IMG/VR virus record: IMGVR_UViG_3300044675_002532
Location: 1-55,225 of that record
Reading direction: 5' to 3' (one strand)
From: a virus
Lineage: Duplodnaviria; Caudoviricetes
DNA: 55,225 nucleotides
Shown here: positions 26,886-35,936 of the stretch, piece after piece
Layout: each line of letters starts with the position of its first letter
Position numbering within the stretch: position 1 is the first letter of the stretch
Notes under the pieces: model-generated
Databases searched by the model: none
What the model was told of the DNA's origin: nothing
The model's input: only the letters and a program-made list of their open reading frames with translations
Program-made: the position numbers and the translations under genes

Positions 26886-28486
26886 TTACTCTTAGACCTT
26901 ATCAACAAGAAGCGATCGATAGCACTCTAAGATACTTTGAGTTGAACGACGGCAATCCGCTGATCGTGCTACCTACCGGCACCGGCAAGAGCATTGTCAT
27001 CGCGGAGTTCTGCAAGCGCATTCTCGCTCAATGGCCAGATACAAAGATTCTGGTCGTGACGCACGTTCGCGAGTTGATCCGTCAGAACTACGATGAGCTG
27101 AAGACGCTCTGGCCGGAAGCGCCTGCTGGCGTGAACTCGGCTGGCTTGAAGCGCCGTGAGTACGACCCGTCAATTGTATTCTGTGGGATACAGTCGGTTC
27201 ACAACAAAGCATCCAAGTTCGTGAAGGTGGACTTGGTGCTGGTGGATGAGGCGCACCTGATTCCGCGTAAGACCAATACGATGTATCAGAAGTTCCTCAA
27301 GAACCTGAAAGTGATGAACCCGCACCTGCGGGTGGTGGGCCTGACGGCTACGCCATACCGGCTCGACTCCGGTCTTCTGTATGGCGGTGATGACTCGCTC
27401 TTCGACGGCCTGTCTTACGAGGCTGGCGTTCGCGAGATGGTCGAGCAGAAATATTTGACAAAGCTCGTATCGAAGCAGCCGAAGACGCGATTGGATGTCA
27501 GCGGAGTCAGCACCCGAGGCGGTGAGTTCGTAGCTGGTGAGTTGGAGCGTGCGGTCGATCGCAGCGATGTCAACGAGGCAGCGGTGCGCGAGATCGTGAG
27601 CTTCGGAGCCGAGCGCAAGTCATGGCTGATCTTCTGCTCGGGCGTGAGTCACGCCACGCACATAGCCGAGCTAATCAGGAAGCATGGTATCTCCTGTGAA
27701 ACAATCTTCGGGGACACTCCCGATGCCGAGCGCGATCGGATTGTGCGTGACTTCAAGGCAGGCAAGATCCGCTCAATAGCCTCCATGGGCGTGCTCACGA
27801 CCGGCTTTAACGCGCCTGCGGTAGACCTGCTCGCTCTGCTGCGACCGACCCAGTCAACCGGGTTGTATATACAGATCATGGGTCGCGGAATGCGCAACTA
27901 CCCCGGCAAGGAAGACTGCCTCGTGCTGGACTTCGCCGGTAACGTCGCTCGGCACGGGCCGGTGGATCGGGTCAATCCTAAAAAGCCGCGCAAGACCGAG
28001 GAGGCAGGCGAAGCTCCGACCAAGACCTGCCCAGAATGCGACAGCATCGTTTTTGCGGCGCTCACTGAGTGCCCCGACTGTGGATACGTCTGGCCCCCTA
28101 GAGAGCCTGAGATTGAGCGCACGGCGACGACGCTGCCGGTGATGAGCACCGCCATCCCGAGCCAGTGGGTCCCAGTCAACTCTGTTGCGTACAGACAACA
28201 CGTTAAGCCCGGAAGCCCTAACAGTCTGAGAGTCGAGTACCGCTCAGGCATGGTGGTTTATCGGGAATGGATCTGTCTTGAGCACAAGGGATTCGCACGA
28301 GACAAGGCAATCAAGTGGTGGATGGATCGCATGACCGGGCCGGGAATCATCCCGACCACGACAGTAGATGCGATCGGTAAGGCAAATTCCTTACTCAAAC
28401 CTGCCGAAATTAAGGTTCAGAAGAATGGCAAGTACACGGAAATTGTCGGTTTTCGGTTCGTGCAAGATCTGCAAGAGACAGGCTAG
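26882..28486 (+). CDS. SF2 DEAH helicase with Zn finger
   Basis: LRPYQ, PTGTGKS, DEAH, TAT, QIMGRGMR, CPEC..CPDC. Confidence 0.95.
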   Translation: MITLRPYQQEAIDSTLRYFELNDGNPLIVLPTGTGKSIVIAEFCKRILAQWPDTKILVVTHVRELIRQNYDELKTLWPEAPAGVNSAGLKRREYDPSIVFCGIQSVHNKASKFVKVDLVLVDEAHLIPRKTNTMYQKFLKNLKVMNPHLRVVGLTATPYRLDSGLLYGGDDSLFDGLSYEAGVREMVEQKYLTKLVSKQPKTRLDVSGVSTRGGEFVAGELERAVDRSDVNEAAVREIVSFGAERKSWLIFCSGVSHATHIAELIRKHGISCETIFGDTPDAERDRIVRDFKAGKIRSIASMGVLTTGFNAPAVDLLALLRPTQSTGLYIQIMGRGMRNYPGKEDCLVLDFAGNVARHGPVDRVNPKKPRKTEEAGEAPTKTCPECDSIVFAALTECPDCGYVWPPREPEIERTATTLPVMSTAIPSQWVPVNSVAYRQHVKPGSPNSLRVEYRSGMVVYREWICLEHKGFARDKAIKWWMDRMTGPGIIPTTTVDAIGKANSLLKPAEIKVQKNGKYTEIVGFRFVQDLQETG

Positions 28487-28769
28487 AGGGTTTCTGTATA
28501 TCCCCCAACGCGGGCATTCGAAAAAACCTGCCCAGTTTTGTTCCATTAAATGCATGGATAACTACATGATCGATAAGTCACCCAACGAGAAAGTTGCGCT
28601 CAACGAAGCCTCCGCAGCAGCGGGAGCCTTCATTGAGGCGACTGGTAACTACGACTTCACGAAGTTCACGCCGGATCAGTTCGATGAGTTCATCGAAGCG
28701 ATCGTGACCGCCTACGTGGATTCACTTCAGGCTCAGCGAATCGATGCCGAGGGTGTAAGATTCCCCTAG
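28425..28769 (+). CDS. Zn-binding hypothetical protein (DUF6511-like)
   Basis: CKIC...FCSIKC, downstream of the helicase. Confidence 0.6.
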   Translation: MASTRKLSVFGSCKICKRQARGFLYIPQRGHSKKPAQFCSIKCMDNYMIDKSPNEKVALNEASAAAGAFIEATGNYDFTKFTPDQFDEFIEAIVTAYVDSLQAQRIDAEGVRFP

Positions 28770-29761
28770 ACCTCTTTACCCCGGAACCAAGCCTTACCAT
28801 GTTCGACGACGCACAGTTCCGGCTGAAGCATCTTACCGCCCACAAAAGTAAGAACGGCAAAGCCCGATGCCCAGTTGACCGGGCCAGCCTCGGTGTAGTT
28901 GAACTGCGGCCCATATGGCTCCGCAAGCGTCCCGGTGTCTACGCCGTATCTGCGACCGCGATAATCCGCCCACGGCGTAACCTGAAGCTTGTGGAGATGC
29001 CCGTGGACATAGGACACCCCAGCCTTGAGAGTTGAATTGTACGAGGAGTGAATGCCTCCTCCTACCGGACGGTGACGGATACAGACCCAGCCATCCTGCT
29101 CGCGGTTTAGATGCAACGCCCAGCCAGCCTCCCAACGCGGGAGATAGTCGAGCAACGTCGTACCTACCATCTCTTCAAACTCGCCAGCTCGACCAGACAG
29201 ATAGTTCTCAAAGCGGCTGTCGTGGTTACCGATGGTGCGGATTAATTTAGCGCCTTTCGCAGCCCGTTCGATCTCAGCGCAGCGGTCCTGAACAGTGTGG
29301 ATCTCGTCCTTCAGCTCAGGCTGCTTTTCCCACATGATCCGAGCGTGACGGCTGATGCGAGCGCCATCCAAGATGTCGCCATTGAGCACCACCATCTTCG
29401 GACTAAGCTGCTTAGCTAACTTGCAAAAGGCTTCGTGTCCGGGAGTAACAATACCGGGCCAATAGTGCGCATCCGATGCCACGAGAACCACACCATCGTG
29501 CAGCTCGTAGTCCATCACATGCTTGTAGACCTTGGACCGATGCTCTGCGATTTTATCCAGTATCTGCCCTTTTTGTGCTCGCCAGCTATTTCCTAGGCCT
29601 TTACTCTCAGACGGCAGCGATATGCCGTATCTGATTTCTATGGTTCTTCTTCTGGCTCGGATGGCTCGTACATCCATCTTGAAGAACTCTGAGACTTTAC
29701 TGGCGCTCTTTAGTTTTTTCCAAGCTTCGATGAATTCAGAATCATTTACCTTTGTCGGCAC
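28766..29761 (-). CDS. Calcineurin-like metallophosphoesterase
   Basis: SDAH, NGDILD, GNHD, HGHLH. Confidence 0.9.
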   Translation of the reverse strand: MPTKVNDSEFIEAWKKLKSASKVSEFFKMDVRAIRARRRTIEIRYGISLPSESKGLGNSWRAQKGQILDKIAEHRSKVYKHVMDYELHDGVVLVASDAHYWPGIVTPGHEAFCKLAKQLSPKMVVLNGDILDGARISRHARIMWEKQPELKDEIHTVQDRCAEIERAAKGAKLIRTIGNHDSRFENYLSGRAGEFEEMVGTTLLDYLPRWEAGWALHLNREQDGWVCIRHRPVGGGIHSSYNSTLKAGVSYVHGHLHKLQVTPWADYRGRRYGVDTGTLAEPYGPQFNYTEAGPVNWASGFAVLTFVGGKMLQPELCVVEHGKAWFRGKEV

Positions 29762-29969
29762 GATCCACCTTTATGCCTAGTTCTTTGCGGCGCTTGTTGG
29801 TTGCTTTATCGTCCCGAGATGCACGCCATTCCAGATGGCCATCTACAAGCCGATACTCTTCCTTGTGAACCAACGCACAGTCACAGCACTCCGAGTGTGT
29901 GTACCCACGGACCCGGTACCATATCCCGTCTTCTATTTGGACTGGAATGTACTTGTCCTTCTTTTTCAT
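29742..29969 (-). CDS. Small Cys-containing protein
   Basis: ECCDCALVH. Confidence 0.7.
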   Translation of the reverse strand: MKKKDKYIPVQIEDGIWYRVRGYTHSECCDCALVHKEEYRLVDGHLEWRASRDDKATNKRRKELGIKVDRADKGK

Positions 29970-29979
29970 GGGCTTGACT

Positions 29980-32900
29980 CTACCTGTTTGCGTAACGCCT
30001 TAGCAAGGCCCGCTCATCGGGACTGTATCGCGCAGCACCTTCCTCTTCTCGCATAATCTTGAGTAGCACTCCGGCATCGGTGTCTCGCATTACCTGACGA
30101 GCTTTCTGTTCGTTGCCATAACGCTTAATCAATGCACGAAGGATGCGATCGTTGTATTGCGTGTAATCTGTTGTGTCTTCAACGGCACCGCCCTCAGCCA
30201 TTCCGCTAGCCTGAGCAGTCGGCATCAATCGCGCCAATACCTGATCGGCGTATTGACCTACGGTCGGGGCCTTGGGGTTATTTGGATCGCGACGATCCCG
30301 GCGAATGCCACGCTCGGTAACAGCTCTGGGACCGCCATAGTATGCAGCAGCAATCTTTTCAGGATCGTTATCATAACGGCGAGCCAGATCCTGAATGAGC
30401 ACAACACCAGCCTGAGCTAAGTGCGAGACGTTATCGAAGCTATAGTCCTCCGGTAGCATTCCGGCATCTTTCATATTGTCAAAGGTATCCTTCGTAACCT
30501 GCATCGGACCCTTTGCACCAGCGTAATTCTGTTTGCTGGTATCCACCTTTCCAGAAGAAGACTCTTGCTCGTAAATAGACTTAATGAGTGGAGCTAAATC
30601 CCCAGCATCGCGTTCCGCAATGATGCTATCAATGTCATAAGACTGCTCTTCGGCTGCGGGTTCAGGCTCGCTACCGCTCTCAGCAGATACGACCTCCTCT
30701 TCCTCAGCCTGAGAAGGCTCTTCACCTGCTGGCTCAGCCCCTTCATCAGAAGCAAAAGCCTTGTAGATAGCATTAGCAGTAACGGCTCCAGTGCCCGGCT
30801 TAATTCCAAGGTTACTAAGAGCCTGATTAGCAAGGCGCTGAGCACTCATAATGTCGGCTTCATTATCAATGCGCTTCTGGATCGAAGCCCCTCTGGCTCC
30901 GGTCTGATCAGAAATGATCTTACGAAGCTCGGTTTCTATTCTGTCCGCAACTTCTTTCTTCTTGGTAGCAAAAGCGTTCTTGGCAGCTTTGCGGCGCATT
31001 AATCCGCCAGCAATACCAAGAAGACCACCAAGCGGAGAGTCAAACGCCAGCTCAGATGCGCCATATCCGACCGCAGCCAAGGCGGCGGCTTGCGAAAGTC
31101 CAAGCGATGTATCTAAAGGAATCTTGTTTGCAGCCTCGCTGATATCAATCAGCGTTTGCTCGTCAATCTGATTCCTTGCTTTTATCTTGTCTTGAGCAGC
31201 AACGCGAATGCCTTCAGCTCTCTTAAACGCTGCATTTGCAAGTTTGATTTCCAATCTTTCCTGCGCTCTACCAGTCTTAATCTTTTCAAGACCAGAGGTT
31301 GCAGCTTCAAACTCAGAGCGGGCAGGAGCCGTAGCCTTTTCAAAAGATGTGGCTTCATCCTGAAGGCGCTTCTTTGCAGAAGGGAAGGCATTCAAGAAGT
31401 CGTCATACTTTTCCAGTACTTTCGTGTACCCAGCAGCTTTTCCGCCAGCTTTGTCAACTAGCGCCTCAAGCACGACCTGCTCAATGTCATCCTTGCCTTC
31501 GTTGCCAACGAACTTCAGCAGGTTGTCAGCATTGGTCTTGCTCGGGTTATTTAGTAGAGCGTCGAGCACGGATTCAGGGTTAGACTGAAACTCTTCTTGG
31601 CTAAACTTCTGGAAGCCAGTCGCCTTCTTGCCGACCGTGTTGACCTTTAAAAAGTCCAGAGGCTCAGATGTTTCGGCGTAAGCCTTCTTGTAATCAAGGT
31701 AACCGGGTGAAAAACTTTCCATAACTTTGGAAATTTTTTCAACAAGCTCTTTTCTGTTATCGCCAATAATGGCCTTGAATCCGGTTTCAGTTACACCCGG
31801 GTCTCCCGCTGCAATACGGCGGCGAAGCTTTTCAAGTTTATTAAAAGTAATATCAATAGGCTCAAGCCTACGAACAACAGCCTTGTTACCGGCCTCATCA
31901 ATAACTGTTTCTGAAATTCGCTGCTTAGGAGTTATGTCGCGAAGAACATTTCTAAATGCTTTTATTTCTTCACGATCAAGCTCAGACTTGCCAGTTCGAC
32001 CAACACCGCGTTCTTGCAAAAATTTAACAAGATCTTTAAATTCATCAGTTTTGCTAATGAATTGACCAGCCGCCTCTTTCTCTTTAGCGACAGTAAACAC
32101 CGGAACTTCATCTCCGGATTCAAACTTGCCGATCGCCTGAGCACGCTCATCCATGTACTTCTTACGCGCAGCCATGACGGTGTCGCGCAATCGCTGACCA
32201 AGCTCCTGCTTGCCGCGAGTCGGAGTTAGCTCAACGGTTTCAAGGGCCTTAGCTTCCGCCTCTTGAGCGGCCTTCTTCTGAGCAAGCAAAGCCTGCTGCT
32301 GCTGTTCGCGAGCAGCCTCAGCAGCAGCTTGACGGGTTTTAAGAGCGGCAAGCTCCTCTCTGCGAGCGGCTTCTTCCTGCTGAGATTTAGCAACAGCGGA
32401 TAGCTCTTCTTCGCTCACTCTTGGTCCAAGGCGCTGAGAAATCTCCAAGGCAGCGCGCTCTTGCTCGGTTACCGGAGTAGTAGGCAATCCGGTAATGCGA
32501 TCAGCGAATCGATCTCGCATGGTGCGAGAGAAGTCTATTCCACGGCGAACAAGCGGAGCCGCAGCCTCGCCTGCCAAGCCAAGACCGCCCTCCACTACGG
32601 CAGCGGACTCACGAGGGCCAAGACCAAGGACGCTCATCTGCTCACGATCTTCGGAAGCAGACGGAGTAACCGCATAAGCCTGACCAGCCTGACCCGCAGC
32701 TTGAAGAAGAGCACGAGTAGCAGCACTAGCAGCGGGGATCTTGGAAACGACCTTTGCCGTAGTTGCCGCTGGAACAATCTGCGGAACAATCTTTCCGGCT
32801 TCGTAGCCCTCTTGACTCGGGGCTTGAGCGGCAAGAGAACGCTCCTTCTCCCGAAGCCAACGGGTGACTGCATTCTCACCGCCAATACCAGCGATGCCGG

Positions 32901-33144
32901 TAGCGATGTCAAGCAAGCCACCGGGCAAGCCCAGAAGACCGCTAGCGCCACGACGGACATCTACGTCTTGCGGAGTGCGGATATCTCGTGGCAGCTCGGG
33001 AGTAAACCGCTCCTTAGTAGCAACCGCAGGAGCCGGAGCGGCAGTCTTTGCTCCGGTAAAATCACTGTAAAGCGCCGCAATCTCCTCATCTGAAAGAGGC
33101 TCCGGAGAGGTAACCCGTTTACCCGCAATCGTGTAAGTAGGCAT
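29980..33144 (-). CDS. DNA ejection/internal virion protein with C-terminal lytic transglycosylase domain
   Basis: 1054 aa helical protein; IYEQESS, GAKGPMQV, AAAYYGG SLT motifs. Confidence 0.8.
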   Translation of the reverse strand: MPTYTIAGKRVTSPEPLSDEEIAALYSDFTGAKTAAPAPAVATKERFTPELPRDIRTPQDVDVRRGASGLLGLPGGLLDIATGIAGIGGENAVTRWLREKERSLAAQAPSQEGYEAGKIVPQIVPAATTAKVVSKIPAASAATRALLQAAGQAGQAYAVTPSASEDREQMSVLGLGPRESAAVVEGGLGLAGEAAAPLVRRGIDFSRTMRDRFADRITGLPTTPVTEQERAALEISQRLGPRVSEEELSAVAKSQQEEAARREELAALKTRQAAAEAAREQQQQALLAQKKAAQEAEAKALETVELTPTRGKQELGQRLRDTVMAARKKYMDERAQAIGKFESGDEVPVFTVAKEKEAAGQFISKTDEFKDLVKFLQERGVGRTGKSELDREEIKAFRNVLRDITPKQRISETVIDEAGNKAVVRRLEPIDITFNKLEKLRRRIAAGDPGVTETGFKAIIGDNRKELVEKISKVMESFSPGYLDYKKAYAETSEPLDFLKVNTVGKKATGFQKFSQEEFQSNPESVLDALLNNPSKTNADNLLKFVGNEGKDDIEQVVLEALVDKAGGKAAGYTKVLEKYDDFLNAFPSAKKRLQDEATSFEKATAPARSEFEAATSGLEKIKTGRAQERLEIKLANAAFKRAEGIRVAAQDKIKARNQIDEQTLIDISEAANKIPLDTSLGLSQAAALAAVGYGASELAFDSPLGGLLGIAGGLMRRKAAKNAFATKKKEVADRIETELRKIISDQTGARGASIQKRIDNEADIMSAQRLANQALSNLGIKPGTGAVTANAIYKAFASDEGAEPAGEEPSQAEEEEVVSAESGSEPEPAAEEQSYDIDSIIAERDAGDLAPLIKSIYEQESSSGKVDTSKQNYAGAKGPMQVTKDTFDNMKDAGMLPEDYSFDNVSHLAQAGVVLIQDLARRYDNDPEKIAAAYYGGPRAVTERGIRRDRRDPNNPKAPTVGQYADQVLARLMPTAQASGMAEGGAVEDTTDYTQYNDRILRALIKRYGNEQKARQVMRDTDAGVLLKIMREEEGAARYSPDERALLRRYANR

Positions 33145-33150
33145 TCGGTC

Positions 33151-34500
33151 TTACTCCTCAACATCAACTTCAATGATGCGATCGCCGACTTTAATTTTTT
33201 TCTTGTATTTCTTTTTAGGTTGCCCCGGCTTTTGCTCGCTTGGTTTAGCGTCAGCAGGCTTAGACTCCCCCTGCTTCGGTAACGGCTTACCAGCCAGAAC
33301 GTCTTGAACGCTCATGCCAGCATCAAGCTTTTTAGTGTCCTCATCCGTAAGCAAAAGCTTATTCGGGTCAAGCTTTGCAAAGTCAAAGCCTCGGGTCGTT
33401 TCATTATCTGCGAAGTAGTCAAACAAATTTTGTCGCAAATTAGTGACATTTTTAATTTGCGCCAAAAGAAGTTGAACACGAGCAAGGTTTTGTTTTTCAC
33501 TAAGTCTTGGATTATAAGCTCGCTTAATAAGTTCTTTAGCTTCAAGCTGAGCAAACTGTCCACCCAAGATAGACCGCAGGTCTTCTTGAACCACAGACTC
33601 AATAACGTCCTTGACGTTCTGCGCTTCTGGATAGAAGGCGGATGCCGCAGTTGGCATGTTTTCAACAATGAATCCTTCAACCGGCCCGCTGATGTCTGTT
33701 CTAGTAGAAAGGTCGGCAATAGCATTGTTCAGCTTTGTAATTCGGCTAGAGGCAGCAGATGCTCCGCCCATCATCCACTTGCCGTAGTCTTCAGCAACTA
33801 CTTTATCAATCGCTTTAATGCCAGCAGAAGGCTCTGCTGCCTTTGGAGCTTCAGGCTTTCCACGAGTCAGATAGTTAATTCTTTCGGTTATCTCTCGACG
33901 ACGAGGATCTGTAATATCTAAAGTATCGCGATATTTCTGAAGACGAATAATTTCGTCATCTTTTCCAGCAGCCGTTGGCTTGTACTTGCCCATAAGCTCA
34001 GTAGCAAGCTTCAAGCGATTGTAGTCGCGCTCCTGACCATACTTGGCTGAAAGCTCATCAAGCTGAAGCAGCTTCTGCTGTTGCTCAAGCTTAGCCTTCT
34101 CTTCCGCCGCCTTCTTGGCAGAGCCAAGCTCTCCCACATCGCGGAGGAACGTATATAAATTCTGGCGCTCGTAAAAACGCGGATCAGTAGATTTGCGCGG
34201 AGCTGTTAAAACAGAACCAAGCTGCTGAAGATAATCACGACGGCTCATCTCAGTAGGCTGGGATAACAAAAGATCCCTAGCCTTTTGGATTTGGTTAATC
34301 TGATTATTGTAGGAGCCTTCGTAAGCCTTTAATGACTGCTCATACTCCCTTCTAACACGCGCAGGGATATATGAAAGTCCGCTAGCTTCTTCTTCGGCAT
34401 CGTAGTCCGATCCGTCAAGCTGAGCGCTTTCATCATCAACTGTATCGTCAAGAGCGGGATCGTATGGCAATCCGAGTCTTTCAGCAGTTTCTCTATCCAT
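33151..34500 (-). CDS. Putative ejection protein
   Basis: 449 aa helical protein within the ejection-gene cluster. Confidence 0.6.
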   Translation of the reverse strand: MDRETAERLGLPYDPALDDTVDDESAQLDGSDYDAEEEASGLSYIPARVRREYEQSLKAYEGSYNNQINQIQKARDLLLSQPTEMSRRDYLQQLGSVLTAPRKSTDPRFYERQNLYTFLRDVGELGSAKKAAEEKAKLEQQQKLLQLDELSAKYGQERDYNRLKLATELMGKYKPTAAGKDDEIIRLQKYRDTLDITDPRRREITERINYLTRGKPEAPKAAEPSAGIKAIDKVVAEDYGKWMMGGASAASSRITKLNNAIADLSTRTDISGPVEGFIVENMPTAASAFYPEAQNVKDVIESVVQEDLRSILGGQFAQLEAKELIKRAYNPRLSEKQNLARVQLLLAQIKNVTNLRQNLFDYFADNETTRGFDFAKLDPNKLLLTDEDTKKLDAGMSVQDVLAGKPLPKQGESKPADAKPSEQKPGQPKKKYKKKIKVGDRIIEVDVEE

Positions 34501-34502
34501 GA

Positions 34503-35936
34503 TTAGCCCCCACCAAGCTTGAGCAGGTCTTTGTAAATCTGATCATAGTCATACTGAGTGCCGTCAGATTTTGCTGGGAAGTACTTCTTGAACATGTCAA
34601 TCAAATCGGCAGCGCCTTTACCACCGGTAATCAACTTGGCGATAAGCGACGGATCTCCAGCCTGACCCGGAGTCGTGGTGGTATTGGTAATCGTCGTTTG
34701 CGGCAACTGAACACCACTGAGAACATCCGATAAGAACTTGATCTGCTCCTTCGGATACTTCTCTTGATTGAGGAAGTCCTGATAAGCCAGATCCAAGTTG
34801 GCTTGCTGCATGGCGCGTTCTTTTGCACCAACACCAGTAACTGCCTGAGCGCCAGTAAGCCCCATGGTCTGAGCAGCTTCGCCCAGCATAGAATACTTGG
34901 ATGCAAGGTTCTGAAGGTTTTGAGCATCCTGTTGGGTAAGCTGCCCTTTCGACTCTCCAATCCGAGCCAAGTTTGCCGCGTCCTGCTGAGTAAGCTGGCC
35001 CGTAGCCTTGCCAATCTCTGCAATCCGAGATGCGTCGTCAGAAGTAAGCTGACCCATCTTCGCGCCAATGTCGGCAACGCGAACGCCACTCTCCAGCATC
35101 CGGTTAAGGTCGGAAGTGCTGAGCTGACCAACGGTTCCGGCCAACTGAGCCAACCGGCCAACGTCTTGACCGTAGATGTCCGCAGCCTGACCGTAACCAG
35201 CCTGAAGCGCCTTGGCCTGCTCAGCCAGAATAGCCTCTTGCGTATCTCGCAACGCCCGAGCGCCAAACTCACCCATGCGGGTGCTGCCCGGACCCACGCT
35301 AAACTGACCGGCTCCGATGAACTCCTGACCGATGGCCGGGAGATACTTCTCTTGCAACTGGCGAACACCAATGTCGCCCATCTGCTCAACCACGTTCTTC
35401 AGGTACGGACTCATGTATTCCTGAGCCGCCTGCGGGAACGTCCGAGACGCTGCGCCCAAGAACGGTTGCGCTGCCGTTAAAGCCGAAGCCTGTCCCGCTT
35501 GCTGAATTGGAGTCAGAGCCTGCGTAAACATCGGCTGAGCGGTAGATAGCGCAGACATGCCTGCGGCTTGAGTCAGGTACGGAGCTGCTGCTTTAGCGCC
35601 CTGCATTCCCGCTGCTGTTGCAAAGTCCCCGGCTGCGGCACCCATCCCGCTCATGCCACCGGCTTGACCCAAAGCAGCACCGGCTTGATTTAAGAAGGGC
35701 TGATAAGCACCCGCTGCCGCTTTAGTCTGCTCAAAACCGGAAAGTTCGGTCGGGGTAAATCCCGCAATCCGAGGACCGGTGTACTGAGCATACGGAAGGT
35801 TAGCAATGCCCTGAGCACGACCCAGCATGTCCGTGGTGTAGTCGGTGTACCACTGAGGAAGTTGGGTTTGCGTACTGGTTGCAGTACTGCCGGGAGTGGG
35901 AGCCTTGCCCCCGAAAAGAAAGTCTACGACGCTCAT
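34503..35936 (-). CDS. Putative DNA transfer/ejection protein
   Basis: Gln/Ala/Gly-rich, YMSPY motif, internal repeats. Confidence 0.7.
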   Translation of the reverse strand: MSVVDFLFGGKAPTPGSTATSTQTQLPQWYTDYTTDMLGRAQGIANLPYAQYTGPRIAGFTPTELSGFEQTKAAAGAYQPFLNQAGAALGQAGGMSGMGAAAGDFATAAGMQGAKAAAPYLTQAAGMSALSTAQPMFTQALTPIQQAGQASALTAAQPFLGAASRTFPQAAQEYMSPYLKNVVEQMGDIGVRQLQEKYLPAIGQEFIGAGQFSVGPGSTRMGEFGARALRDTQEAILAEQAKALQAGYGQAADIYGQDVGRLAQLAGTVGQLSTSDLNRMLESGVRVADIGAKMGQLTSDDASRIAEIGKATGQLTQQDAANLARIGESKGQLTQQDAQNLQNLASKYSMLGEAAQTMGLTGAQAVTGVGAKERAMQQANLDLAYQDFLNQEKYPKEQIKFLSDVLSGVQLPQTTITNTTTTPGQAGDPSLIAKLITGGKGAADLIDMFKKYFPAKSDGTQYDYDQIYKDLLKLGGG

